A DNA stretch of 57,015 nucleotides from Batkoa obscura. Its lineage: Eukaryota. Below, in pieces: positions 12,182-25,090 of the stretch. Below the pieces are notes generated by a model that saw nothing but the letters and a program-made list of their open reading frames with translations, had not been told where the DNA came from and made no database searches. The stretch covers positions 1 through 57,015 of the forward strand of contig JASVEC010000104.1 in NCBI GenBank assembly GCA_030770535.1. Reading direction: 5' to 3'. A program made the translations under genes and the position numbers. Each line of letters opens with the position of its first letter. Position 1 is the stretch's first letter.

Positions 12182-13451
12182 TGCTATTTTTACTTTGAAA
12201 TAAACGAAAGGGTATAATAAGTATGGAATGAAGTGATAAAAAATTGATGTTGAAATTGGAATTTTAACTTGTAAAATTGATGCTATTGAATTTTATCTAT
12301 TATTCCTAATTTTTTCAAATAAACATAAATTAATAGAAAAAATAAAAAGATAAAGGTATGAATGAATTATAAATTATTAAAAAAATTAAGTATTTTTTTT
12401 CTCGTTAAAAATTACCCTCAATTGGCTAATCTTTATTTGCTCAAAATAAACGAAGTTTTTATTTAACTGTTCGAGAAACCTTGCCAATAAGTTAAATTAA
12501 TTAAGGTTTTCGAAGTTACGCAAGTACTTTATGCAACCAAATAGAGCTTTTATTAAAAACAAATAGTAATACCAACATTAAAACTCTATTAAAGTGTTTT
12601 ATTATTATCAGTAAATGGGAATATAGTTATTTATTCTAGCCTGCCACCTTTGATTTCTATTTTTAAATCAAAAATTGTATATAATTCTATTTTTAGATTC
12701 AAATGAAGCACAATAAGATAACTTTCTCATTGAAATTGAATATTATTGAAAACTTCCTACTTTTTTGAGATGGTTAAAATTACTAAAACATAAAAATGGG
12801 TTAGTACTTTGTTATGATATTAAATTTCATTGCTTTTTCTTTCAAAAATGACATAATAAATTCCAAATTAATGAGGTATTCGACTTTTATATTAAAATAG
12901 CAAAAACATAATTTAAAAAATGAGGATTTAACGTAAAACTTTAAAATATTAAAATAAAGCCACCTTTTGTTATATAATAAGTCATTGTTAAAATAATGAA
13001 ATGAAGTTAATAACCAGTAAATAATATGATTTTTTAAATATCATCAACAAATAATTTATTTTTTTGCTTTAATTTTACTTTAACTGTTTTTTAACTGTAA
13101 CTTGGGATAATTCCAAGTCATTAAATCATATGGGAAGATCTATCCAATGAGAGTGGATCATTAGATTTTAAAAAGTCATCCTTTTATAGTGTTCGTTTTG
13201 GAAGGAATTGAATTATATATTTTTTTTATCATACAGCATTTTCTATAAGCACAACTGTTGCAGCTCTTTTATGAACTAGCTAGAGGTAGTTTGTATAATA
13301 AAACTGTTTTTTAAAGATTTAATCGATGGCTAATGCGAATATCGATGAATTTTGGTATATATTTTAAAGTAAAATGAACAGTCGACTATTTACAAAAGAA
13401 CTACAATAACCAAAAACAACGCTTATAAAAAATAACATGTGTGTATGATAT

Positions 13452-13804
13452 AAGTTAAGTTTATACCAAAAGATCTTGTCAAACAAAAATACATCTTAAC
13501 AAATAAAAAGATCTGCAGTTAAATATTGAGCAAAGATTCATCTAATCCTATTTTGCAACTGCATTGCGACTTAATTACTGACTTATTTGAGAGTAAAACT
13601 TTTATAAATCACGTTGAATTGTACATTAAGCTTTTGGAAACTAAATCGACAAATATTTGGCCTTGAAATTATTGCAATTTTGATCGCACTTTGTTGCAAA
13701 ACTGTAATAAAAATGATACCCCTCTTTGATATTTAGCTATAAATCTTTTTATTTACTAAAGATGTATTTTTACTTGACAAGGTCTTTTGGCATAAACTTG
13801 ACTC
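13452..13804. mobile_element. Foldback/long-TIR MITE-like element (~350 bp)
   Basis: 13452-13530 is an imperfect reverse complement of about 13722-13804 (AAGTTTATACCAAAAGATCTTGTCAA vs TTGACAAGGTCTTTTGGCATAAACTT). Inner arms TTTTGCAAC...GTTGCAAAA also pair. Confidence 0.7.
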
Positions 13805-14506
13805 AAAAATGAAAACAATTTTTTCAGAATTTAAATCAATTAAAAATGATCAAAATATTGGAGCAAAAAAGGTATTTATATTGTAAATATATTTAGTAAT
13901 TATTTTTTGTTTAGTTTATAATAACAAAACCAATTCATTTTTAAACATAGGTTATCTTTATATCTTGTTTTACTTATATATAAAACTTTGGAGTTTGTAT
14001 CTTCATATACTAATAATTAAATACAGACATGGTAACTCTATATTGTACTATTAATCTAACTTAAACTTAGATTAAAGCTTAGAACTTTGTATTTTCTGTG
14101 TATAAAATTAGAAAGGGCTGTCATAATTATATTCAGCTAATTCAAAAATAAAGATACTTAATCCTTATTTAACCCCTTGGATACTAAATGTTCATTTTTT
14201 ATTGTTTGGGTGGATCGTGATGTCAAATTTATTTTATTGGTTATATTAGCATATTTTTGAAATTTAGTACCTAAAGGGTTAGTTTAATTTAAATCTGTAA
14301 GCAATATTTCATCATTTTATTTTGATTTAAAACCATATGCGACCAATGTTCATAATTGAATTTTGAGTAGTAAAAATTTAACGAGCAATATTCGTCCACG
14401 GTACTCAAGTGGTTAAAGGATTTAAATAGAGATACGAAACTGATAGTAATAACTAAAATAAACAATAATAAAGCTGTAAATATTTTTTATTAATGATAAG
14501 AATTTA

Positions 14507-16385
14507 TTAGTTGTTTGAATCTTTAGCAACTTCTTCCTAAACTTTGTATAGATTGGAAGCAGTTTCTGTATTGTAAGTTTTATGATTTTTAGCTGGATTC
14601 CAGGCAAATTCTAAAGGACGAAGCTCCCTAAATTTAGAAGAGTAAAATTTTCTAACAGTGAAATGAAGATTGCCCCTGGTCGGAAGTGGTTGTAGAGCAG
14701 CAGGGTCTTTATTTAATCCGGGATATTCTAAGCCATCTAAAAGACTGTTAAGATAATAAATGGTACCATCAACAAGGAAACCAATAATAGCATCTTTGTT
14801 TTAGAAATCACCAAAAGCATAGCTCTTAACATTGCAGAATCCCTGCATATCGTCATTTAATAAAGTACAGGTAGAATAGCAGATAGAGTTGGAAAATAAA
14901 GTAATGTTTTCTGTTTTAAGTGGCTATTTGTTATTAACTAATAATGGTTTTAGTGGCTTGACGCCACATTTTTTTTTGGAATTGAGGTGTATTTGACTTT
15001 TTCTGTTAGTACCACGATAATAGATCTTAATTTTAGCAAAGGCATTTTGTGAAGCAAGTGGTTTTCTGTCAAGTTGATTATAGTCAATTGGATTTAGAAA
15101 AATACATTAGTATCATCTAGGGTAAGCTTAACAAGTAAAGGAGACCAGCGGATGTCAGTATTAAAAAACTAATAGAAGGATTTGGAAAGAAATAATATAG
15201 CACATTATAACACCAAAAAATGGTGCCACCACCATTATTACTTACATCTAGTATTAGTTTTTCGGCTTATCGGCTTTTAAGTGCCTTTAAATTATTAATA
15301 ATTTCATTATACTAATCAGATCCTTGTTCAACTGAAAAGGTAGAAATGTGAACAACATCTACATTATCGGTCAAAATGTAAGTTTTTACATAAGTACCAT
15401 AGAGAATTACAATTAAAAGCAGGTCAATCGATCTAGAGTCTTTAAATTCAACTAAAGTTTTGATTGAGATTTCCTTAACTTCTGGTACTTTTAATGGTTG
15501 AAACTTATTGTTACCTCCTCCAAGATTTATTCCTATGAGATCATCAAGATCAGTTGTTTCACAATTATTGTCATAAAAAGATTTGAAATTAGCAAAGGTT
15601 TTTTTAAATTTGGAGTAGCAATATAAGTTATAACTACTTCTTTCTCATTATTACCAACATGAGTCCTAAATTTTAGAGTTTCTTTAACTAGCAGAATAGG
15701 AGTGAATTCAAAGCTACCATAGCTAACACCATGTTGATTATTACTTTGAATAGAATGTGGAAGAGTATGTTTCATATAAGAGTTAACATCTCTTGAACTA
15801 CCAACATAATGCTTAGTATATTTTTTGGCAAATCCAAGTGGTTATTTGTCATCTGTAAATAATATTTCAGCAGCTTCCCAAGTATCAAGGAGCGTTTGTT
15901 CATATTTTAAATCTCGAGAGATCTTGACTTTCATTTGTGCCAATTTACCCTCTTCTGTGTATAATGTAAAGAGTTATCTGAAAGCAAAACTACAGAAACA
16001 ATCAGAAGTAGATATAATATGATCATCCTTTAAATTGTTAAAGAATTTAATAATAGCAACTTTGAAATCATATTTAGCATCGTGTTTTCTATACAATATC
16101 TTTTTCAATACAGAATTGATATCAGTATTACTAAGCACTTTGGGATCAGGGGATATTTTAGCTATATTAATAGAAGTATATAGGGGAAAGATCTCTTTTA
16201 AAATATTTGAAATATAATTACGCACTTTATCAGTTAATTCAAAGTTACTATAACAGAGAAGGACATCTTTATAACCAGTTATTGACTTGTTAACTACTTT
16301 GCCACAGTGATTAGCAATTTTAGTATTGCTTTGACCAATTGCTAAAGTAAAGAAGAAAGCTGTCAGTAGGGTAAAACTAAATCAT
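14507..16385 (-). pseudogene. Secreted peptidase S41 (CPAF/tail-specific protease-like) pseudogene
   Basis: Signal-peptide-like FSFTLLTAFFFTLAIG lies out of frame with the ATG at 16385. Motifs LKDDH..S.CF..FAF, KLILDVSNNGGG (~15225-15265), ITLFSNSICYSTC (~14865-14905) and PLEFAWNPA are present, with several in-frame stops (e.g. 15974-15976, 14537-14539). Confidence 0.8.
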
Positions 16386-16662
16386 GTAGTATTAGATGAA
16401 GAGTTATTTTCTATCTGGATTGGTGACTTTTTGACTGTGTTTTAGCTTCTTTATATACTTATTTTACAAAAAGTTTGCCTACATCATTAATACATGATGG
16501 TTATTTTTATTTTTATTGTTTTCAAAGAAATGACTTTTAGTAATAATTTCTACTATGGCTATATTGATCTTCGTTCTACTATTCAATTTTTTTAGTATGC
16601 TTTTCATAAAGCATATATGTTTATCTTTGGCTCTGCAAAACCTTTACTATAAAACACTATTT

Positions 16663-16761
16663 GACTATATTTTTTTGATTTCACCTCTTTTTCCATTTCT
16701 TAAAGGCTGTTTGAGTGGAAGAGTTGTTGATAAAATTCTTAGACACAAAAAATACATTCCC
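16663..16761 (-). mobile_element. ~97-bp MITE copy 3
   Basis: Reverse orientation, ends ...ATACATTCCC, TSD ATTT/ATTT. Confidence 0.8.
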
Positions 16762-17618
16762 ATTTATTACAATTTTGTTCATGTATTTGGTGTTTATTTT
16801 ATATATCATTATGTTGATGTTTGATAATATAATTAGTGATGTAAAGGCATTAGTAAATATTTGGAAAAAAGGTAATGTATAGTAAATTTCTTGTAATAAT
16901 ATACTAGTGACTAGCAATATTAGATTAAATTTAAAATCATAAGGTTTGTATAATATCTGGGAAAATTATATTTATTTTGAGATTGCTATTTCTTTTAATT
17001 TAAATTCATTCATTCAATAAATTTTAGTATGATTGATTTTTAGTTCGCATGAAAAATTAGGTGACTATACTACTTAAATTGATTTATGAACTATTCCTAG
17101 GTTAGTATGAATATCCATTTGATATAAATTATTCAAGAAAACAGACAATAGTTTTGTGTTAATGTTAAAAATCAAGCTTTAAGCAGATTGCTATTTTTAC
17201 TATTGAAATTTATATGAAAGAAATAGTTGAATCTCTGATTATAAATTTTGGAGCAAACATCAATCCTTACTTTAGTTTTGGTTGATTTAAGAATCAATAA
17301 AGCACAGAAAAAGCTATTATGTATTCAAAAGTCAGTCCAATTAAGTACTAATAGTACTTATTTAATAAATGTATCATAATAATATAATATAGTTTTACAT
17401 TCTTAAAGGATCTAGAGTATAATCCATATTTTTATAATGAAATAGAAACAAGGTTAAATTTTAAATCATTTTAATATAAAGTTTTTAGGTTCTAGCTTTT
17501 AGTTTTTTTAATCAACATTAGTTTTAAAGATTTATAATTTCGTTTAATTTAAGTATTAAAATCGACTTAGTCTCAGAGTATAAAAATATTATATAGGATG
17601 GTTTTTATGACATAATAT

Positions 17619-17717
17619 GGAGATGTGTTTTTGTGTTCAAGAATCTTACTAGTAATTTTTCCAATCAAATAGCGCTTAAAAAGTGGAAAAAGTAATGAAG
17701 TAAAAAAAAACGCCCCC
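17619..17717 (+). mobile_element. ~97-bp MITE copy 4
   Basis: GGAGATGT...ACGCCCCC, TSD ATAT/ATAT. Confidence 0.88.
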
Positions 17718-17788
17718 ATATACTAACTAACCTATTACCTTATAATAGTACTATTGGACAATTTTCTTACCATATTTATTATAAATTT

Positions 17789-17886
17789 GGGAGTGTTTTT
17801 TCGACTTCATTATTTTTTCCATTTTTTAAGCGCTATTTGAGCGGAAAGTTTGTTAATAAAATTCTCAAATACAAAGATACATCCCC
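17789..17886 (-). mobile_element. ~97-bp MITE copy 5
   Basis: GGGAGTGT...ACATCCCC, TSD ATTT/ATTT. Confidence 0.88.
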
Positions 17887-18257
17887 ATTTATTAGTTAGT
17901 TTTTATAATTAACTTGTTAGGCCACAAATACATATAGATATCTTAAATAAAAAGCTACATTTAATTAGCAGTATTAAATATTTCCAGCTAATTAAATTAT
18001 GTTGCTAAAATTCCTAAATTCCACTAATTAAATACTAATAGCTATGATAAATACATTCAGCTTTTTTGTTTTGATAAGTTGATCACAATCATGCTTTTCA
18101 AAAACTAATGTCACTTTAAAAGTTAATTATAATTTTCTTTTTGATATGTGCTGTTGAGTTTTATTATAGATTTTTCAAATTTAAATAAATTACTCTTGAT
18201 TTTTGAACTGTTTTTGGTTTAAATGAGTAGTTATATATATTATTAAAAGTATGATAT

Positions 18258-18354
18258 GGGGTGTTTTTTTGGTTTCATTACTTTCTCTATTTTTCAAGCA
18301 CCATTTGAAGGGGGAAATTGTTAATAAGATTTTTAAACACAAAAATACATCCCC
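18258..18354 (-). mobile_element. ~97-bp MITE copy 6
   Basis: GGGGTGTT...ACATCCCC, flanks ATAT/AAAT. Confidence 0.85.
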
Positions 18355-20159
18355 AAATCTTGAATTTAGACAAATAAAATGCAAATATAGATTTTTAATT
18401 GTAAACTGTTTAAAAAGGCAAGAAGCGTATTTTGATGTAACCAATATAAAAAAACCGAAACAGTACTAAATTTAATGACTATTGTAAAATTACGGATTTT
18501 TTGAACTTACATAGATCTGGTATAATAGTAAAAATAAAACTTATAGATGAGTGGATATTACAAATAAACATTGGCTAGGTTTACCTAGAGATTGAGATTT
18601 TTATATTTATTAATTCATATTACTTTTAAATATCACTTTTATAACTTGAAATATCGGATTTATCTTCTCCCAACCTTCATTCAAGAAGTTTATATTCAAG
18701 TTTTATTATTATTGCAATTTAATACCTGGATTAATGATTAATAGTTCCGTTACTATTTTCAAGTCGACCACTCTATAATAAGGAATTTCACTATAGCAAA
18801 GATAAATTATTGAAAACGGGTACTGAAGGGTCATGAAATCAAATTGTGTGATATTAATTCGAAAATTGTTATAAGCTTATTGATATGTTTAGTGACATTC
18901 TTCTTTATTTGTTAATTTCATTGAATAAAATTAGAAATTAACTTTAGATAAACAATTTAGTCTCTAATTATTTGACACATAAAACATGCTATAATAGTTA
19001 TAAATATAACATAAAAAGGAGGCTGGATATATTTTTCTGAAACTGAAAGTATAAAAGTATATTAAAATGCAAAACCACATGATTTAAGTGAGTCGTCTAA
19101 TTAATAATTGAGATTCCCTATGATATTAGTATCCAACTAAGCCTAGAACTTAGTTAAATAAGTACTATATTTTTATTTTTATAGATTTAGATTAATTTCG
19201 TACTTTAATATTTGTGATAACAATTATTCTAAGAATGAGGTAATTTTAGTAGGACATTGTTAATTTTTTAGAGGGCTTAATACAAAACTTTAGTGATCTG
19301 TTAGCCAAAGTAAAAGCTGTTTGGACAAAAACAGTAATAATGTTAATATAGCTTAGAAGATTAAAATAAACCACTATAGTCTATATAGTTTAAGAACTGT
19401 TTTATTTCTAAGTTGTGTTTTATTATAAGAATTCCACCTATAGCTTACATCAGGACTTTTCTACTTACCAATAACAGAAAATCTACTGTTTTTAGCCTCG
19501 CCGCTATCTTAATTTTATTTCTACATTAGTATATTACTAAAGTAATGACTGGTATTCCTTTTTTACACTATACTATCCGTCTTATAATAAAATAAAGATT
19601 TAAAGGAACAATAGGATTTATTATAAGAAAATAATAAAGAGTGATGAATTTAAACTGGGATGCTTTATACCAATATAGTAAAATGTATTTTTGAGAATTG
19701 ATTTCTACTTATAGAGGTAATTATCATTGTATAGAAAAAAGATTGAGTATCCTATTAATCATATCCTTTCTAGCATATAGTTTTTATTTTAGACAAAATA
19801 TTTAACATTTCAATACATTACTTTATAATAAGAAGACTAATGGTGCGAATATTAATAAAAACATATTGGCGTTATCTAAATTGTATTACTGTGTATATTA
19901 AATAATATAAAAAAGCTAAATAAATATTACTTATTTTTAAATTTGTTATTGTAAAAATAAACCATGCAGTTTAAAAAATCTGGTTTAAAATTAGTGAGTT
20001 GGATAAAAGTTATTTTGGATTTTCGGAATTCAGTGAATTGAAAAATTCTTGGATTTTTTCTTTAAGAATAAATTCGCTAATTCTTAGAAATACAGGACTA
20101 TATATACTTTCAATAAGAAACAACTTATCGTGTTATATTATTAAAAATAATTCAAATTG

Positions 20160-20915
20160 ATGAGTACTTCAACTAAGCTAAAGTCTAAGAAAAACTGTGT
20201 TCAAGCTTGTGATGGATGTAAAGTGAAAAAGAGAAAATGCGTAAAGGGACAGGATGCAATATGTGAAAACTGCAAAAGGCTAGGCAGCGTATGCACTTAT
20301 TTAATAAAAAATAATAAACGGGGAAATTCAGAAAATTATAAAAAGAAGTCAGCTTCTACCCCAATAATAGAAGGATCTATGGCAAACTATCCAATGAGCT
20401 CTGGCGACCGCTTTTCTGCTAATACAAGCCCTGGAACTCAATTTACTTATGCTTCTACTTCTTATACAAATGTACCATCATCTTATCGCAATCGAAGCCC
20501 ATTATGTTTGGAGGTAAATTCACTGGATTCAAACCTATCGAACGGTACTTTCTTTGACTATGATATGGAGTTAAATGAGTATGTAATTAAAGGATGTGAG
20601 CTAGAAGATTTATTCAACTTAAGCGAAAATTTCCATAAAATACCAAATATCAATTTGATTTCAGTGATATCTGAGCAGCAAATTAGAGATCTAAGGTTTA
20701 TACCTTTAACTAATTCGATCTTGTTATTATTGTACTCTTTAGCTTCAATCACACAGTATTACAGTGATCCTTTAGATATGAAGAAAGTTTCAATTTTGTA
20801 TAATAAGGGTCTTAAGCTATTGCCAGATTGCTCCAATATTCCTGAAATTGAAACGCCAGTAGTAAACACAGCTGTCTTCATTTTAAATTGCTTATACTGT
20901 AACCTAAATATGTAA
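20160..20915 (+). CDS. Zn(II)2Cys6 (GAL4-like) transcription factor
   Basis: CDGCKVKKRKCVKGQDAICENCKRLGSVC has the CX2CX6CX7CX2CX6C binuclear cluster spacing; ATG at 20160. Confidence 0.9.
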   Translation: MSTSTKLKSKKNCVQACDGCKVKKRKCVKGQDAICENCKRLGSVCTYLIKNNKRGNSENYKKKSASTPIIEGSMANYPMSSGDRFSANTSPGTQFTYASTSYTNVPSSYRNRSPLCLEVNSLDSNLSNGTFFDYDMELNEYVIKGCELEDLFNLSENFHKIPNINLISVISEQQIRDLRFIPLTNSILLLLYSLASITQYYSDPLDMKKVSILYNKGLKLLPDCSNIPEIETPVVNTAVFILNCLYCNLNM

Positions 20916-22215
20916 TTACTTTATTCTTTTGTGCCTTATCTTTTTATTATAAATTAAATAATTTTTTACCTCTTATAGTTCTTATATTATTTTAGAACAT
21001 AAAATGACATTGGAATTTATAGTTTAGAATTGTTATTCATACTAGTTTAGTATATCATAAAACCCGAGTTTTATTTAAAATATTATCAATATAAATTTTG
21101 ACATAAATTCTGCTATTAAAACATAATCTTTTTCATTTCATATGATGAATTTAAAATAAAATAAGACGATGATAGTCATTAGTATACAAAAGAAACGTAA
21201 ATAAAAAATATTGACTAAAATTAAAGACAATCAATTATTTGGACTTAAACTAGAGTTTTATTCTAACAAAATATGAATATAAACTTTTATCCTGTTGAAG
21301 GCCACTCTCTGATAGTACAGAAAATAATCATGATTATTTTGTAGTTCTTAAATTTGGATTTATGACAACAATTTGAAATCCATGCTTTTACGGTAATAGA
21401 TAACCTATCCTTTTCCCTTTACATAAAAAATGTAAAGACTCATTGTTAACATTCTAGGTTAAAATATAGTTCGAAAAATAATACAAATGGCCCTGGATAG
21501 CATTATGGGCTTATTTAAATGTGCAAAAATCTCTAAAAGGTAAAGCTATTTCCTAAAATTACAATAAGCTATGAAAGTATTGAACTCCTTTACTCCTTTT
21601 GTTTTATATCGCCCCTTTTGCTATACCTTTCATTTTTTGGTTTAGCTGTTTACGTTAATAAAGCGCCAATGGACTTATATACATGAGTTTTTTAATTATG
21701 CAAAATAGCAGTAGTCCATATTTATAGTAAAATTACAATTTCGAGTTGAATCTTTAATAAACGAGCTGTTGGTACTTTCTTACACTCAAATAAAGTGTGT
21801 CCTAGTTTCAAAGTTATTTCGTGCCGATTTAATTAATTACAATTAATAATACTTAAATAACTTATATTAAATAATAAGAATATACAAAGATAAACATGGA
21901 TATTATAGGTTATTAAGCTAATAAAGTAAATTTTTACAGTAATAACAAATTAATTACAAGTGCAATTTAAGTAATCACAATAGCAGAAGACAAACCTATA
22001 GATCTCATTTAATTGGTGGAAACGTAAAAGTAATATAATGGTTACTAAAATTAGACAATGAGAGCTTGAAAAAGTTCTTGAAATTATACATTTAATAAAT
22101 TATATATTAAATTGAAAGTCATTATAGAGAAAATAAGAATTTTTAAAACTTTTACTTTTTTTAACTTTGATAGTTCACTATTTAATTTAATAATACAATA
22201 ATATAATATACTACA

Positions 22216-23049
22216 ATGTTATCTGTGGACCAACTTTTAAATCATGTATCTAGTAATAGTTTTTATAAGAAGCTTAGTTAATAATCAACTAACTGAAGTT
22301 TAGGTTATATAAATTACATCCTTATAGGATTTGGCATAATCTTAGTAGCCTTTGGTATTGCGTTTTTAGTAGTCAATCGTCGTCTCATTAAGTTCCTTTA
22401 CTTTGTATCTGGTGTTCAAATCTTTGGTAATTACTATAAGTTAATACTATAAACATCGAATTAATATCTTTCATTAACAATAGCAAGTTTGTCCTTTTTA
22501 ATTGGTTCAACTATAATATACTCCAGCAACATCAAAGACCCCAATAATTATACTCCACTTTATATACTATTTGGTACATCTGCAGGTTTAGGATTAGTTG
22601 GTGGTATTTTGGGTGCTTACTTTACAAGGTTTGGCTCAGTTTTAGTAGGTTTAGCAGGTGGTTTAAATCTATGGCAACTAGTAGCCGGATTTATTAAGAA
22701 CCCTACGCTTAACTTAGTATTTTCAATTTTATTAGCTATTGTAGGTGGTATCTTATGTGGCTTCTTCAAAAACCCAATTGAAGTTGTACTTGCTGCATTT
22801 ACAGGATCTCATTTGTTTACTAAAGGGCTCTTTCTTATCACCCAAGGTGCTATGGTATTATCCGCTTTACCTAACCCTAAATTAGTCAAGTATTTGTATT
22901 TTGCTATGATCGGAGAGGTTTGCTTAAAAGCTTTGGTATTTATTATCAATGCTGCTATCCATCTTATGAGATACTTTAGTGAAAATGGAGAAGCTGTAGA
23001 TCAAGAAACACCCGAAAGTCAACCAATGTTAGAGCGTGATCAGGAGTGA
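22216..23049 (+). CDS. DUF4203/TMEM198-like multi-pass membrane protein, 3 exons
   Basis: Exons 22216-22252 (37 nt), 22304-22426 (123 nt) and 22484-23049. Introns are GT-AG with CTAAC/TTAAC branch sites. Protein MLSVDQLLNHVSSYINYILIGFGIILVAFGIAFLVVNRRLIKFLYFVSG... aligns with the intronless paralogs. Confidence 0.82.
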
Positions 23050-23979
23050 TTGCTCATTTAGTAGCTAGCAATTTAACGGGGTTTGTTTTCATTTTTATGT
23101 ATTTTTGAAAATAAAATATTTTAAACTACCAAAATCAGTAATCTAATGTGACAAAACGCTTTAAAGAAATATTTTGAAATCCACTCTTGTTTCAGTATCT
23201 TTTGCATATTCCAAACAGCCTAAGATATAAAAAATATTAGGTTTTCTCGTATATCCTACCACGAAAAACAAAAGATTGCGTAGAATCTATTCTTGAAGGT
23301 ACCAATACTACAACAATAAAGGTCATTTTTTGCAATGTTGTCACTGTTTCCCAAAAAAAATCCCAATCGAAAAAGTTACTAATAAGATTGATTTTATACT
23401 ACAAAAAATTGGGATTAGCTAAAAACTATCTCCTTATCAAAAAGCTTAGAAGTTTGAATTAGTTTTAGCCAAAACTACTACTTTTTTAGAGTTAGATTTT
23501 TGCAGCAAATATATGGGAAAATCTAATATAGACAAATTCTTAAAACATGAGTATTTGGAATTTAGATTATTAAGAAATTGAAATACTCATTTATTTAATA
23601 TCGACAATGTTGTAAAAGATATATAAAGAAATAACACTCAACATTAAATTAAAATACCCAACTTTATTATCAACTAAAAAGTATTGATTAGATCCTTTAA
23701 TAAAATTAATACTTTAGCAGTAAAGAGTAGTTAGAAATCATTTGTTTAAAAAACGAGGTAAAAAAGATGTAATTTTTTAACCAACTTTAAAAAAATACAA
23801 GTATGAAGTCTAATAAAATTGTAATTCTACTTTAAATAGATTAGGTAAAACTCTATGATGAAATAAAATAACGTTTCTGTTTTGCCTCATGGGCAACTAA
23901 TGTAATTGATTGATTATGATATGTAAATATATATATAGTCTGGAAAATAAAACAATACTAAAATCAAATTCACTATTTA

Positions 23980-24597
23980 ATGCTTTTCAATTTTATCATC
24001 ATCTTATTCTTATATAATCATCTATCAATATTATGCCTCAATATTCAAGGTCCACTGTTAAATAGTCAAAAAGGTAAAGTACATAGTAAATTAAAGTTAA
24101 AGCATAATACTAATTAAAGCATAGATATATTATCTTCTAATGCACCAAATAGCTATAGTTTTGATTCAACAAATGATAGCTATGATAGTGATCTTGAATG
24201 TGAACTAGCACACTTACCTACTAAGTATCCATTTTCCATTGAAATGAACAAATACGCTTCACATATACCAAAAGGTCAATGTACCGAATGGGCGGATGGT
24301 AGATACTATCAACTTACCGGCAATCATGCTTTGTTTAATGGTGATGCCTATAAGTGGAATGAATTGGCAAGCAATAATCAAGATTGGAAAGTGAGCAAAA
24401 TTCCTAAGGTACCATCCATAATGGTAACTGAAAAATATACGAACGGAGCAGGGGAATTCGGCCATGTCTCTATAGTGGAATCTATTATTGATCAAAATAC
24501 AGTGTGTACCTCAAATTGGAATTTTCCTCAAAGAGGCAAACTTACGCTTAAAAAAGTTAGGATTATTCCTTCTACTTCGTTCATTTATCATAGATAG
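23980..24597 (+). CDS. Secreted CHAP-domain cysteine/histidine amidohydrolase (putative peptidoglycan hydrolase), 2 exons
   Basis: Exon 1 (23980-24073) encodes a hydrophobic signal (MLFNFIIILFLYNHLSILC). A 51-nt GT-AG intron (24074-24124, branch TACTAAT) joins it in frame to GQCTEWA (catalytic Cys) ... GHVSIVE (catalytic His) ... SNWN. Confidence 0.85.
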
Positions 24598-25090
24598 ATT
24601 GTGTTTTATATTAGTTGAATGTTTATTTTTAATTAAAGTTGTTTTAGATAACAAAATGTTAAATCCTGATTTTAATTTAATTGTATTAAAAAATGAATAT
24701 TTCGGTTAGTATTATTAATAAGTATTAGTCTATTCTTAGTTTAAATCTATTACTACTGAATTTATAAAAGGGTTGGTCTAAAATCTCCCTCCCTATATAA
24801 TCTTAATTATTTCTGCTTTAATAGCCTACTCTGGTTATATTATTAACTCGGTTAAATAATTATCCTTACTAAAATCAAACAGATCATAATTGAACAAATA
24901 AAAAAATTGCCACAAAATATATCATCCCCATAGAGTCATACCTCTCTTTGATACTCGAATAAAACTTTACGCAGCCTTTAACTGCGTATAACATTGCTTG
25001 ATTTAGATCAAAATATTAATGGTTTACATAGCTTTAATAGGAATAGATATCAAGTATGCACTTCATGTAGAAGTGATCAAACTAATAGAA

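Noticed and set aside
14507..16385. Stop-codon reassignment or A-to-I repair of TAG to TGG rescuing the broken genes
   Set aside because: The same loci also carry frameshifts and TAA stops, and intact genes end normally in TAA, TAG or TGA.
16555..18469. Short ORFs 16555-16824, 16681-16917, 18190-18444, 18251-18469 (also 25907-26146 and 45205-45399) that resemble each other
   Set aside because: The similarity comes from reading through MITE copies; they are not a protein family.
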